A stretch of DNA of 63,813 nt, filler included, from 5 parts of 5 records of this genome joined end to end with filler, not necessarily neighbours in it, one strand, 5' to 3'; positions 1 through 10,595 are shown, numbered from the whole stretch's first letter. The notes: generated from the letters alone by a model not told the origin. Numbers and translations: made by a program.

Positions 1-104
1 GGGGTTGATACGCCCGCTTTTCATTTTCCGCCCGTCTGCGAGAGTCCGTTCCCGGCCGCGCACAATTTTCGCCGCGAACCCAGAGTCCCAGAAGACCAGA
101 GCAA

Positions 105-1595
105 TCAGAGATCAGGGGTGCGCCTGGGAGCAACCTCCACACGAAACCCGACGTCGTAGAGCCTGAGGTCCGGATAGTAACTGCGGCGGCAGGCGGCCCG
201 CGCGCACCACGCGAGCGTCATTTCCCCCAAGATCATTGTCGTTCCTGTAGTTTTGGTAGCTGTCCTCCCATTTGGTGGCGCACCATTCGCTCACGTTCCC
301 GCTCATGTCCAACATTCCGTAAGGACTTGCCCCTTTAGGAAAACAGCCTACCGCACTGGTGGTCCTGATCCCGGATTCATCATAATTGGCCTTGTCCGGG
401 TCGGGATCATCACCCCACGGGAAAATCAGGGCATCTTTGTCGCCTCTGGCCGCCTTCTCCCATTCCGCTTCCGTGGGAAGGCGCACCACCCAACCATCCT
501 GAGACAGACTATGTTTTATGGCCCCGGGTATACCGACCCGCCTTTCACGCATTTCTGTTGTAAACCATTGGCAGTAGGCCATTGCATCGTACCATGGTAC
601 ATGGACTACAGGATGATTGAGTGATCCTTTCAAACAATTTTTACTTTTCGGTTTGTATCCGCTTTCTCCCACAAACAACTTGAATTGCGACACGGTGACC
701 GGATAGACGGACATATAAAACATCCCCACGGTGAATTCATGCTGAGGTGTCTCTTTTTGATAAAAGGCTTCATCGCCGCCTAATCTCTTGATCAGTTGAG
801 GGAGATCTTTCTCCTCGGTCCCCATGGTGAACGATCCCTCGGGGATCTCCACGAAGCCGAACATCCCATCATCAGGCAAAAACCAGATATCAGAACGAAA
901 ACGGGGATCGCCCAGAGCCGCAAGGCCGTCCCCGGCGCCCGCTCGAACTTTTGCAGGCAAAACCGGATACTGCATGGTTTTCATTAATGCATCTTTCAAC
1001 CGCCCATGCATCGGTCCGTCCGAACCATTATCCGTTTCATCCAACCGTGCCACGGCCTCTTTCACACGGGCCGGGTCTCCGCTCCGCATCTCTACTCTTT
1101 TGGCTTGCCGGGGGTTTGGGGTAAGGCCGTGGGCAAACACTTCTCGAGTCATTTGGTCCATGCGGACGTCCTCGGGCATCATCTTTTCCAGGGCCTCGAT
1201 ATATCGGCCGACCTCATCCATGGCCAAAGGCGGCAGGTGAAAGGGTATCTGTATGATTTTCTGCAGATACATGTTCCCCTTGACGGGATTCTCCCTTCCC
1301 TCGGTCTTATCGCCGGCAAGAAATGAACCATAGTGGGCCTCAATCCCCCGCTCAACGGCCTCCGGGTCCATGCCGATCGGACAGATTTTTCGCCAAGACC
1401 GGTGATCTCTTTTTCAAGCATCCGCAAAAGGCTGGTCTTCCCGCTTCCCCATGGGCCGAAGACTGCCAGGGTGAGAGGTGTTTGAGCCTCCGTCAGGATA
1501 TTTTTCAAAGCAGGGATAAAATCTGAAAATTGAAGCTGATCTCGATCACTCCACCGGTCCGTCAAATAGGCGCCTGTTTTCACTTTTTCAACCAT
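105..1595 (-). pseudogene. Internally deleted/frameshifted KAP-family P-loop NTPase fused to an FGE-sulfatase (SUMF1/CLec-fold) domain
   Basis: ORF 1179-1595 has the KAP N-terminus (TPLTLAVFGPWGSGKTS). ORF 112-1371 continues in another frame with the KAP C-part (YLQKIIQIPFHLPP, NPRQAKR), and no Walker B is present. FGE motifs follow (F.MG, HPVV.V.W.DA..YC.W, RLPTEAEWEKAARG, YGMLDMSGNV.EW). The canonical FGE tail (RAACR...DVGFRV) lies in a shifted frame ending at 105. Confidence 0.75.
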
Positions 1596-1701
1596 TCCGT
1601 CTCTCCCTGCCTGGTTGATGTGTTTTTTTACTGCATTTTTTGATAAAATCGGAGGTCATTATTTCAATAGGCGACCATTAAACTCAAACCCAAGTTCCCG
1701 T

Positions 1702-3552
1702 CTACCCGGCGCCTATGGGACGACCCTCTTTCAATTTCTTATAGACCTTGTTTCTGGAAATTCCCAGGTCCCTCGACACGGCGGATATGTTTCCCCGGTG
1801 CCGTTCATAGGCCTCCAGAATAATTTCGCGTTCATGATCGGCCAGATTTTTCGGCGGCTCGGGGGGCTGAGCCGAATCCTTTGCGGAAAGAAGGCGCCGG
1901 ACGTCTTCGGCAAGCACCTTTCCGTCGGGGCAGGAGATCAACAGGCGCGTCAGAAGCCCTTTTAGTTCCCGGGTGTTTCCCGGCCAGGGGTAGGCCTTCA
2001 GAAGGGCAACGGCGTCGGGGGCCAAAACCAGGTCCCGCCCGAAACGCTTCAGGAGGGCGGCGAAGAGGGCTTCCAGATCGCGCCGTTCCCGGAGGGGCGG
2101 AAGACGGACCTCCATGGTATTGAGGCGGTAGAGAAGATCCGCCCTGAAACCGTGGCTGTCGGCGCCGGTGAGCTCTGCGTTGGTGGCCGAAATCAGTTGG
2201 AGGTCCACCCTGATTTCCCGGGTTTCCCCCACTGGTCGGATCTCCATCCTATCCAGAAACCGCAACAACTTGGCCTGCACCCGGGCCGGCATGGCCCCGA
2301 TTTCGTCCAGAAAAAGCGTTCCGCCCCGCGCCTGCACCACAAGCCCCTTGGAACCGCCTTTGCTAGACCCCGTAAAGGCCCCGTCCTGGTACCCGAACAG
2401 CTCCGATTCAATGAGATTTTCCGGAAGAGCCGCACAGTTGACGGGCACGAATTCGCCCATGCGTCCGCTGATGGCGTGGGCGTATCTGGCCATCAGCTCT
2501 TTTCCGGTCCCTGTTTCCCCCCGTATCAGGACCGGCACGTTCAGCTTAACGGCGCCCTTGACCAGGTACATGGCGGACCTGACGGCCGGATCCTCGCACA
2601 CCATGGCCGTTTCTTCCTTTGCGCGCGCCGGAAAACCCGACGGCGCCGTTTTCGCCGTCTCCTTCCGGGCAAACCCGTTGCACGGCTTTGCCGCAAAGGA
2701 ACTCCCCTCCCGATCCGTGATTTCCACCGTTCCGGCGCCCTGAAGCCGCCGGACAAACCTATTGAAGGGCGTCCTGAATATGTCGTCGAAATGGATTCCC
2801 GCCCTCAGGGAAATTCCCTGTAGGAAAAATCGCGCCTGACGGCTCGCCTCCACTAGAAATCCCCACTCGTCAAGGGCGAGCATGGCCGATTGCAGGGTCC
2901 CTAAGAATTCCCGGCGGTTGTGAATCTCAAAGACGAAATTGTTCTTGTGCCTGGCCCTGAAAAGGCCCTTTTCGATGGTGACGCACGACATCTCCACCAG
3001 AGCGAGGGTATGCCGCTGCCTGGAGCGGCAGTCCGAGGTGGCGTCGATGATCCCGACGGTTTCGCCATCGAGCCCGTAAATGGGCGCCGCCGCGCAGGTG
3101 AGCCCCGCGTGCTCCTTGAAATAGTGTTCGCCTCCATGCACGATTCCCGGTTTGCGGATGGTGGAAACTAAACCCAGGGCATTGGTGCCGTTGTTTTCTT
3201 CCCGCCAGATGTATCCCGGAGAAATCCGCCGCCCCTCCCTGCCGGAAACGGAAAAATCCACGATGCTGTCGAGAATGATGCCTTCGCGGTTGGCAAAAAT
3301 GATGGTGAAATTGGACCCGGCGATCTGCCTGTGAAGGTTTTCCATCTCGATCTTGGCCAGACGTCTGACAAAATGGTTTTCCTCCCTCAGTCTTCCCAGT
3401 TCCAAATGGCAGATACTGGCGAGATTGGGCGTTCCGTACGGATCGAGACCGATTTCAAAACACCGTTTCCAGGATGCGCGAATTTCTCGATTGAAATATT
3501 CCCGGGGCACCGACCCGTTGCGGGTCAGCAGGGCGCGAACATTGTCCTCCAT
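1702..3552 (-). CDS. Sigma54-dependent transcriptional activator, AcoR-like (GAF + AAA+ + Fis HTH)
   Basis: N-terminal SWxRC and GTNALG GAF motifs; GETGTGKE, ESELFG, GAFTGS, FLDEIG, WPGN; C-terminal NISAVSRDLGISR HTH. Confidence 0.92.
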   Translation of the reverse strand: MEDNVRALLTRNGSVPREYFNREIRASWKRCFEIGLDPYGTPNLASICHLELGRLREENHFVRRLAKIEMENLHRQIAGSNFTIIFANREGIILDSIVDFSVSGREGRRISPGYIWREENNGTNALGLVSTIRKPGIVHGGEHYFKEHAGLTCAAAPIYGLDGETVGIIDATSDCRSRQRHTLALVEMSCVTIEKGLFRARHKNNFVFEIHNRREFLGTLQSAMLALDEWGFLVEASRQARFFLQGISLRAGIHFDDIFRTPFNRFVRRLQGAGTVEITDREGSSFAAKPCNGFARKETAKTAPSGFPARAKEETAMVCEDPAVRSAMYLVKGAVKLNVPVLIRGETGTGKELMARYAHAISGRMGEFVPVNCAALPENLIESELFGYQDGAFTGSSKGGSKGLVVQARGGTLFLDEIGAMPARVQAKLLRFLDRMEIRPVGETREIRVDLQLISATNAELTGADSHGFRADLLYRLNTMEVRLPPLRERRDLEALFAALLKRFGRDLVLAPDAVALLKAYPWPGNTRELKGLLTRLLISCPDGKVLAEDVRRLLSAKDSAQPPEPPKNLADHEREIILEAYERHRGNISAVSRDLGISRNKVYKKLKEGRPIGAG

Positions 3553-3854
3553 TGAGCCTCACCTCCCAATAAAATCCTGTGAAATTCCGATCTATTCGGT
3601 TGCTGGGCGCAGTTCCGTGTTCTGCTCTAAGAAAGCCGGATTGTTAATTTTATATGGGGAAAAGTCAAGCCGGAACCGGCAAGGCGAAGGTTTCGATTCC
3701 GGGCGGGAAAGGGGGTGTTCATTTTGGCAACACCCTGAAACACCCCGCTGTTCATTTTGACCACAACCATTATCCACCCAATTGCACTGCATCGACTTCC
3801 ACCTTATTCATAACCATTTGTTTTCAGGGATCAATCATCATGCTGACCCGACGT

Positions 3855-3869
3855 TGGCATGCAAGTTGC
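3855..3869 (+). promoter_or_regulatory. Sigma54 -24/-12 promoter of the adh-ABC-lip operon
   Basis: TGGCATG-CAAG-TTGC matches TGGCACG-N4-TTGC with correct GG-N10-GC spacing; ~110 nt upstream of adh and divergent from the activator gene. Confidence 0.85.
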
Positions 3870-3978
3870 CTTTGGACAAGCGTCGATTCTCCGAAAAGAG
3901 TCCCGTTTTTGTCGGAAACCATCGACAAGAGTACGGATGAATAATGAACCGAAACATAAAATTCGCGGTTAAGAGAAC

Positions 3979-5022
3979 ATGAAGGCAGCATTGTTGTACC
4001 AATTCGATGAATCGCTGAACGGGTCGGACTGGCTGTCCTACGAGGACGCATCGGATCCCGTTATCGAGGAACCGAACGATGTTATCGTCAGGATCGGCGG
4101 CGCCGGAGTGTGCGGAACGGACCTTGCCTTGATCAAGGGTTCGTGGCGGGATCACATGCGGATAGCGCTGCCCATAATTCTCGGGCATGAAAACGCCGGC
4201 TGGGTGGAGGAAATAGGACCGGCCGTAAAATCGGTGCGGATCGGAGACCCGGTCATCGTGCATCCCATGGGGACGGGGGCCCCTGCGGAATCTTGCGCCG
4301 GCGACATCAACGGGGCCGGCAATCGCGGGCTTTATCCCGGCTTCAACCGCAACGGGGGATTTGCGGAATACATGCTCGCCCGGGAGAACACGCTTCTGAA
4401 ACTGCCGTCCCATCTCTCCCCCATGGACACGGCTCCGCTGGCCGACGCGGGCCTGACAGCCTACAACGTGGCGCGCAGGGCCGCAAAGCACCTGGCCCCG
4501 GGCCACTATACCCTTGTGATCGGCGCCGGAGGTCTCGGTCATATCGGCATTCAGCTTCTGGGAGCGCTCAGTTCCACCGAAATCATCGTGGTGGACAAAT
4601 CGAAAGCCGCTCTGGATCTGGCGCGAAGCGTGGGCGCCCACTACACCTTTATTGCAGACGAACACTACACGGAAAAAATCCTTGCATTGACCGGTGGAAA
4701 GGGAGTGGAAACCGTCATCGACTTCGTGGGAACGGACGCCACCGTCAAAAGCGGCCTGTTTGCCACCAGAAGGGGCGGTTACTACTATCTCGTGGGCTAC
4801 GGGGGCAGGTTGACCATATCGACGCTCGAGTTGGTCCGATCCGAAAAAAACATCGTCGGCGTTCTTGGAGGAACCTTTACCGACCTGAAAGAACTTCTCA
4901 CCATGGTCGATCGCGGGCTCGTCGCGCTGACCACCCGGGAATATGCGTTAAACAACGTGAACAAGGCCCTTAGGGATCTTAAGGATGGTAGGGAAATAGG
5001 ACGTACGGTCTTAATTCCTTAA
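3979..5022 (+). CDS. Zn-dependent (MDR) alcohol dehydrogenase
   Basis: GVCGTD, LGHENAG and Rossmann GAGGLG motifs. Confidence 0.9.
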   Translation: MKAALLYQFDESLNGSDWLSYEDASDPVIEEPNDVIVRIGGAGVCGTDLALIKGSWRDHMRIALPIILGHENAGWVEEIGPAVKSVRIGDPVIVHPMGTGAPAESCAGDINGAGNRGLYPGFNRNGGFAEYMLARENTLLKLPSHLSPMDTAPLADAGLTAYNVARRAAKHLAPGHYTLVIGAGGLGHIGIQLLGALSSTEIIVVDKSKAALDLARSVGAHYTFIADEHYTEKILALTGGKGVETVIDFVGTDATVKSGLFATRRGGYYYLVGYGGRLTISTLELVRSEKNIVGVLGGTFTDLKELLTMVDRGLVALTTREYALNNVNKALRDLKDGREIGRTVLIP

Positions 5023-5055
5023 AACGAAACCTTTTTTTGGAGAACAGGAGGAAAC

Positions 5056-6585
5056 ATGAAAAAGTATTTACTAGTTTCGGTTTTGACCCTTCTACTGGCG
5101 GCGAGCGGTTTCCCGGTGCACGCGACCGACTATTCCAAGTACGGCATCGAAAAAGATGTCCCGGGAATCGGTTCCTACGAGTCCATCGATGCCAAGGATT
5201 ACTCCGGCAGAACCCTGAACATCATCACCCATGCGGTTCCGGTCATGGGCGAGCCCACGGCGCTTCACGCCAAACAGTTCGAGGAACTGACCGGCGCCAA
5301 AGTGAACGTGGTCCATGTTCCTTTCGGCGATCTGTTCCAAAGAATCATGATCCCCTTCCAGACCAAACAGGACGCCTACGATGTTCTCTTTTACGGATCT
5401 CTCTGGATCGGCGACCTGAACAACTACCTGGCCCCGGTTCCCGAGGCGTATCTCAACAGCGGCGCCATGAAAGAAGTGACCCTCAACTACCAGGACGTCG
5501 CCAAATGGGGCGATACCATGATCCAGTTCCCGGTGGACGGCGACCGTCACTACCTGAAATACCGTTCCGACATTTTCGATGATCCCAAGATGCAGGCCCG
5601 CTACAAAAAAGACACGGGAAAAGATCTCCGGGTTCCACAGACATGGGAAGAATACAACGCGGTTGCCAAATACTTTTCCGGCTGGGACTGGAGCGGCGAC
5701 GGAGAGAAGAACTACGGCACCGCCGAAGTGGCCAAACGGGACGACCTCATGTTTTCGGCCTTCATCAGCCGGGTCGCCCCCTTTGCAAAGAACCCGAACG
5801 TGAAGGGCGGCTTCTTTTTCGATCTTAAAACCATGAAACCCCTCGTGAACACGCCGGGATGGGTTCGGGGCCTCGAACTTTTCGTGGATGCCCAGAAGGC
5901 CTTTCCCCCGGGAGGAAACAATTTCGGCCTCGGCGATGAAATCTTCTCTTTCGGCGGCGGCCAGGTGCTCATGAGCTACAGCTGGGACGACGCCTTTATC
6001 CAGGCCATGCAGAAAGACAGCCCCATCCGCAACAAGGTCGCAGCAGCCCCGCTGCCGGGCGCTAGTGAAGCGTGGAACAGGATCACCAACAAGTGGGACA
6101 AATTTTCCCCGCCCAACCGCGCTCCCTACATTTGCTGGGGATGGACATCGGCCGTTTCCAAGATCAGCAAGAACAAGGACATGGCTTTCGACTTTCTGGC
6201 CTTTTTCAGCAACCAGGCCAACACCCTGCACGATCTTCAGATCGGCCGTTTCGGCGTAAACCCCTACCGATCAACCCACTTTGATCCCGATTTCTGGGTG
6301 GAAAAGCTGGGATGGGACAAGAATACCGCCGAAACCTATGTGGAAACCCTGTCCGGCATGGATCTGAGCCAGAACCGCGTCTTCGACCTCAGGGTTCCCG
6401 GCGTGGGTCAGTTCATGAGTTCCCTTGCGGCAGGCGTTTCCAAGGCCCTGGCGGGTCAGGAAACGCCCCAGAAGGCGCTGGACGGCGTGGCCAAAGAATG
6501 GACGCAGATTGTCGATCGCATCGGCAAGGATCGGGTTCGCGACGCTTACAAGAACGTGGTCGCCCTCGAGGACAACCTACGCTGA
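5056..6585 (+). CDS. Carbohydrate/polyol ABC transporter substrate-binding protein
   Basis: Signal peptide, family-1 SBP motifs (PQTWEEY, ETPQKALD), followed by permeases and ATPases. Confidence 0.88.
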   Translation: MKKYLLVSVLTLLLAASGFPVHATDYSKYGIEKDVPGIGSYESIDAKDYSGRTLNIITHAVPVMGEPTALHAKQFEELTGAKVNVVHVPFGDLFQRIMIPFQTKQDAYDVLFYGSLWIGDLNNYLAPVPEAYLNSGAMKEVTLNYQDVAKWGDTMIQFPVDGDRHYLKYRSDIFDDPKMQARYKKDTGKDLRVPQTWEEYNAVAKYFSGWDWSGDGEKNYGTAEVAKRDDLMFSAFISRVAPFAKNPNVKGGFFFDLKTMKPLVNTPGWVRGLELFVDAQKAFPPGGNNFGLGDEIFSFGGGQVLMSYSWDDAFIQAMQKDSPIRNKVAAAPLPGASEAWNRITNKWDKFSPPNRAPYICWGWTSAVSKISKNKDMAFDFLAFFSNQANTLHDLQIGRFGVNPYRSTHFDPDFWVEKLGWDKNTAETYVETLSGMDLSQNRVFDLRVPGVGQFMSSLAAGVSKALAGQETPQKALDGVAKEWTQIVDRIGKDRVRDAYKNVVALEDNLR

Positions 6586-6646
6586 TTCGACCCAAACCAG
6601 GACAGGATCGCAGCCCCACCGTGTTCCTGTTCTCTAACTTTACATC

Positions 6647-6675
6647 GGGGGCTTTTCCTGACAGGCAAAGCCCCC
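6647..6675 (+). other. Intergenic stem-loop after the SBP gene (mRNA stabiliser or partial terminator)
   Basis: GGGGGCTTT...AAAGCCCCC inverted repeat without a U-tract. Confidence 0.5.
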
Positions 6676-6694
6676 CGCCCTTCTCAGAGGCGCC

Positions 6695-7561
6695 ATGCTG
6701 CGATTGAAACACAAATATATTTTTCTCCTTCCCGGGCTCATCGTCCTGGCGGCCATCATCATTTTTCCGCTCCTCTTCACCATCAGGGTCAGCTTTTCCA
6801 GCTGGGATGTGGTTAAACCCGGGCTCGACTGGATCGGAGGCCAGAACTATTCGCGGCTCTTTTCGGACGGCAGGTTCTGGGAAGCGCTCAGAAGGCTCAG
6901 CTTCATGGCCGTGGGTTCGGTCCTGCTCCAGTACGCGCTCGGTTTCGGCCTTGCGCTTCTGGTATGGCGCGACGTTCTCATGAAACGGTTCGTCCGTGTC
7001 CTTTTTCTGGTGCCCATGATGACGACGCCGGTCATCATGAGCGTTATCTGGCGGACCATCCTGCACGAATCCCTGGGACCCGCCAACGACATCGTCCAAC
7101 TGCTCGGTTTCGGGCCGGTCACCTGGCTTTCCACCGGCGGCATGGCCATGGTCAGCGTCATCCTCGTGGAAACGTGGCAGTGGACCCCGTTCATGTTCCT
7201 GCTGCTTCTGGCCGGTCTGCTCTCCCTTCCCCGGGACCCTTACATGGCCGCCGCCATCGACGGCGCGGGACCTTTCAGGACATTTTTCAGCGTCACCTTT
7301 CCCTTGATGGCGCCCATCTCCATCGGAGCGATCATGATCAGGCTCATCGAGGCAAGCAAAATCATGGAAACCATCTATGTCCTGACCTCCGGGGGACCCG
7401 GAACAGCAACGGAAACCAGCAGTTATTACATTTACATCCGGGGGATGCGCGACTACCAGATCGGTTATTCGGCAACGCTCTCCATCACCTACCTTGTCAT
7501 CATGATCATCAGCCTCACGATCATCGCAAAGATCTTGACGCGCAACATAGCACGGGATTAA
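6695..7561 (+). CDS. Carbohydrate ABC transporter permease (MalF-like)
   Basis: Hydrophobic segments, WQWTPF and EAA-like loop (AAAIDGAG), GGPG.ATET. Confidence 0.9.
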   Translation: MLRLKHKYIFLLPGLIVLAAIIIFPLLFTIRVSFSSWDVVKPGLDWIGGQNYSRLFSDGRFWEALRRLSFMAVGSVLLQYALGFGLALLVWRDVLMKRFVRVLFLVPMMTTPVIMSVIWRTILHESLGPANDIVQLLGFGPVTWLSTGGMAMVSVILVETWQWTPFMFLLLLAGLLSLPRDPYMAAAIDGAGPFRTFFSVTFPLMAPISIGAIMIRLIEASKIMETIYVLTSGGPGTATETSSYYIYIRGMRDYQIGYSATLSITYLVIMIISLTIIAKILTRNIARD

Positions 7562-7564
7562 TTC

Positions 7565-8410
7565 ATGAGAACCCTCTACCTCGCATTCAAATACGGAGCG
7601 ATCCTTCTCTGGTCCTCTTTTGTAGCGCTCCCTTTTCTCTGGGCGCTCACCACTTCGTTCAAGACCGCAAACGGCGTCACCGGAGGCGCCACCTACATCC
7701 CCTGGCTCCAGTACAAACCCTCCCTGGAAGGGTGGAAAGTGCTGGTCAGATCGGGCGGGCAGGGCATCGACATCGTGCAGCCCTATATTTCGAGCATCAT
7801 CGTCACGGTGAGCGCCAGCATCATAAGCCTGGTGCTCGGGACCCTTGCCGCCTACGGCCTGGCGCGATTCACCTACAAGGCCGGGTTCGTCAAGAACAGC
7901 GACATCACGTTCTTTTTCATCTCCCAGAGAATCATGCCGCCCATCGTGCTCTCGATCCCCTTTTTCCTCATGCTGCAGTTTCTAGGCCTTCTCGACACAA
8001 TCCCGGGGCTGATTATCGTTTACGTAGCCCTGCTTCTGCCCATCGCCACGTGGGTCATGGTCGATTTTTTCAGCAACGTGCCGAAGGAAATGGACGAAAT
8101 GGCCATGATTGACGGGTGTACACCGGTCGGCGCCTTCCTGAGGGTGGTCCTGCCCAATTCCATACCGGGAATCGTGGTGGGAGGACTTTTTTGCATCATA
8201 TTCGGATGGAACGATTTTTTCTTCGCCTTCACCCTCACCTTCACCAAAACCCAGCTGCTTCCGGTAGCCGTGGTGGCCCTCAACTCTTCGGTGACGCCCT
8301 GGTGGAGCCTATCGGCTTCGGCCCTGGTTTCCGTGGCGCCGTTGGTGATCATCGCTTTCGTTGTCGAACGCTTTCTTTCCAGCGGCAACCTGGCGGGCGC
8401 TATCCGCTAA
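7565..8410 (+). CDS. Carbohydrate ABC transporter permease (MalG-like)
   Basis: AAYGLARF, EMAMIDG loop, WNDFFFA. Confidence 0.9.
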   Translation: MRTLYLAFKYGAILLWSSFVALPFLWALTTSFKTANGVTGGATYIPWLQYKPSLEGWKVLVRSGGQGIDIVQPYISSIIVTVSASIISLVLGTLAAYGLARFTYKAGFVKNSDITFFFISQRIMPPIVLSIPFFLMLQFLGLLDTIPGLIIVYVALLLPIATWVMVDFFSNVPKEMDEMAMIDGCTPVGAFLRVVLPNSIPGIVVGGLFCIIFGWNDFFFAFTLTFTKTQLLPVAVVALNSSVTPWWSLSASALVSVAPLVIIAFVVERFLSSGNLAGAIR

Positions 8411-8423
8411 GGAGGATGTTTTT

Positions 8424-9503
8424 ATGTCGTTGCTAATGAAAAACTTTGACATTCGAATAGACGGCGTCCCGCACCTGGACGACGTAAGCCTTGAGTTCAA
8501 ACGTGGAAAGCTTTACACGATTCTCGGCCGAACCCTGTCGGGGAAAACGACCCTGCTCAGAACCATCGCCGGTCTCCAGCCCCCCCAGAAGGGGGAGTTG
8601 ACCCTGCACGGAAAAGAGTTCCTGAGCCTTCCGGTCTGGAAACGGGGGGTGGCCATGGTCTACCAGCAATTCATCAATTACCCGCATCTGAACGTGCTGG
8701 CTAACGTGACCTTTCCCCTTAAACGCGCACGGGTCCCGATGCGCGAAGCAAAAAAGAGGGCGCGTGAAGTCCTCGCTAAAGTGGGGCTCTCCCGGTTTGA
8801 AGAGCGACGCCCCCGCGCCCTTTCCGGCGGTCAGCAGCAACGGGTCGCCCTGGCGCGGGCACTGGTCAAACGCTCGGACATCCTCTTGCTCGACGAACCC
8901 CTGGTCAACCTGGACTACAAGCTCAGGGAGCAGCTCAGGGAGGAGTTCCTGAACATTTTTCAGGGCCAGAACGACGCCATCGTCGTCTACACCACCACGG
9001 AGCCCGGAGAGGCCATCCAGCTCGGTCACGAACTGATCGTCATGGATGAAGGGGCCATCGTCCAGCAGGGCGATCCGCTGGAGGTTTTCAACTCTCCTTC
9101 GACCATTCGGTGCGCCGAAATCATCAACGACCCGCCCATAAACATACTGCAGGGGTCGATCCACGGGGGGGATCTCAATCTGCGCGGGGAAGTAACATTT
9201 CCGGCGCCAGACCACTTGAAGGGACTCCTTGACGGGGCCTACCTTTTCGGCCTGCAAGCCGCCGACCTGTACATTGGCGGCGACATTGCCGCAGAGATTG
9301 AGCTCAGCGAAATCAGCGGTTCCCAGACAATCCTCCACATGCAAGGGGGGATCGGGTCCTTTATCGTCCACGAGGCCGGAGTCCACCACCACCCCATCGG
9401 GAGCACCGTCGAGATCGGGATCGACCAGAACCGCATTTATGCTTTTTCCATTGACGGGGAACTCATGCGTCCTCCCACCGCAACGTCCGGACAAGGGAGG
9501 TAG
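8424..9503 (+). CDS. ABC ATPase (GlpS-like, glycerol/polyol-type)
   Basis: GRTLSGKT, LSGGQQQR, LLDEPL; ATG 8424 follows the RBS GGAGG. Confidence 0.88.
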   Translation: MSLLMKNFDIRIDGVPHLDDVSLEFKRGKLYTILGRTLSGKTTLLRTIAGLQPPQKGELTLHGKEFLSLPVWKRGVAMVYQQFINYPHLNVLANVTFPLKRARVPMREAKKRAREVLAKVGLSRFEERRPRALSGGQQQRVALARALVKRSDILLLDEPLVNLDYKLREQLREEFLNIFQGQNDAIVVYTTTEPGEAIQLGHELIVMDEGAIVQQGDPLEVFNSPSTIRCAEIINDPPINILQGSIHGGDLNLRGEVTFPAPDHLKGLLDGAYLFGLQAADLYIGGDIAAEIELSEISGSQTILHMQGGIGSFIVHEAGVHHHPIGSTVEIGIDQNRIYAFSIDGELMRPPTATSGQGR

Positions 9504-9509
9504 ACCATT

Positions 9510-10595
9510 ATGGCCAAGATCGAACTTTCAAACATCGCTCACACGTACGAGCCGACGGTTGAAAACCCTTTCTACGCATTGAAGAAACTGAACATGGTGT
9601 GGAAAGACGGGGGAACCTACGCACTTCTGGGCCCTTCCGGGTGCGGAAAAACCACGATGCTCAACATCATCTCCGGACTGGTCCGACCGAGCCACGGACA
9701 GGTACTCTTCGACGGGGTCGACTTCACGGAGTACTCGACGCCGGCCCGAAACATCGCCCAGGTGTTCCAGTTTCCCGTGATCTACACCCTCATGACCGTG
9801 GAAGAGAATCTCGACTTTCCCCTCAAGTGCAGAAACGTGCCGGAACAGGAGCGCAAAAAACGGGTCCTTGAAGTCGCCGAACTGCTCAACCTTTCGGACA
9901 AGTTGAAAAGACCCGCCCGGAAGCTGGCGGCCGACGAAAAGCAGCTGATCTCCCTGGGCCGGGGTCTTGTCCGCAGCGACGTTTCCGCCCTGCTTCTGGA
10001 CGAGCCCCTGACCGTCATCGACCCTCAGCTCAAATTCGATATCAGGAGAAAGCTCAAAACCATCAACGAGCGCTACGGTCTGACCATGGTTTATGTGACC
10101 CACGATCAGAACGAGGCCATGAGCTTTGCCGACACCATCGTCGTCATGAACAACGGCGAGGTGGTCCAGGCCGGCACGCCCCAGGAACTTTACGAGAAGC
10201 CCGAAACCACCTATGTGGGTTATTTTATCGGGTCTCCGTCCATGAATTTTATCAAATGCGGCTTCGACGGCGGCAGGCTTCACACAGCCGGGGGCTCAAT
10301 CCCCCTGCCCGCTTCGGTTTCCGTACCGGAAGACGGGACGAACCTGAAACTCGGAATCCGGCCCAGGTTTGTTTCATTCGGCCCCCCCGGCGCCGACGGC
10401 GCCCTTAAAGGCAAAACCGAGATGGTGCAGGAATTCGGCAATTACCGGATCGCAACCGTGAGAATCGAAGAAGATATTATCCGGCTCAAGCTGCCGCCCG
10501 GCGCCGAGATCCCGGCCGACGACGCATGGATAAGTTTTCCCGAGAACAAGATCTGCTTGTACGCAAACGACGTTTTAGTAGGCGGCAACCGGTAA
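9510..10595 (+). CDS. ABC ATPase (GlpT-like, glycerol/polyol-type)
   Basis: GPSGCGKT, degenerate signature LAADE, LLDEPL, VTHD. Confidence 0.88.
   Translation: MAKIELSNIAHTYEPTVENPFYALKKLNMVWKDGGTYALLGPSGCGKTTMLNIISGLVRPSHGQVLFDGVDFTEYSTPARNIAQVFQFPVIYTLMTVEENLDFPLKCRNVPEQERKKRVLEVAELLNLSDKLKRPARKLAADEKQLISLGRGLVRSDVSALLLDEPLTVIDPQLKFDIRRKLKTINERYGLTMVYVTHDQNEAMSFADTIVVMNNGEVVQAGTPQELYEKPETTYVGYFIGSPSMNFIKCGFDGGRLHTAGGSIPLPASVSVPEDGTNLKLGIRPRFVSFGPPGADGALKGKTEMVQEFGNYRIATVRIEEDIIRLKLPPGAEIPADDAWISFPENKICLYANDVLVGGNR

Noticed and set aside
1-1595. Complete diversity-generating retroelement
   Set aside because: No reverse transcriptase, Avd or template repeat was seen in the window
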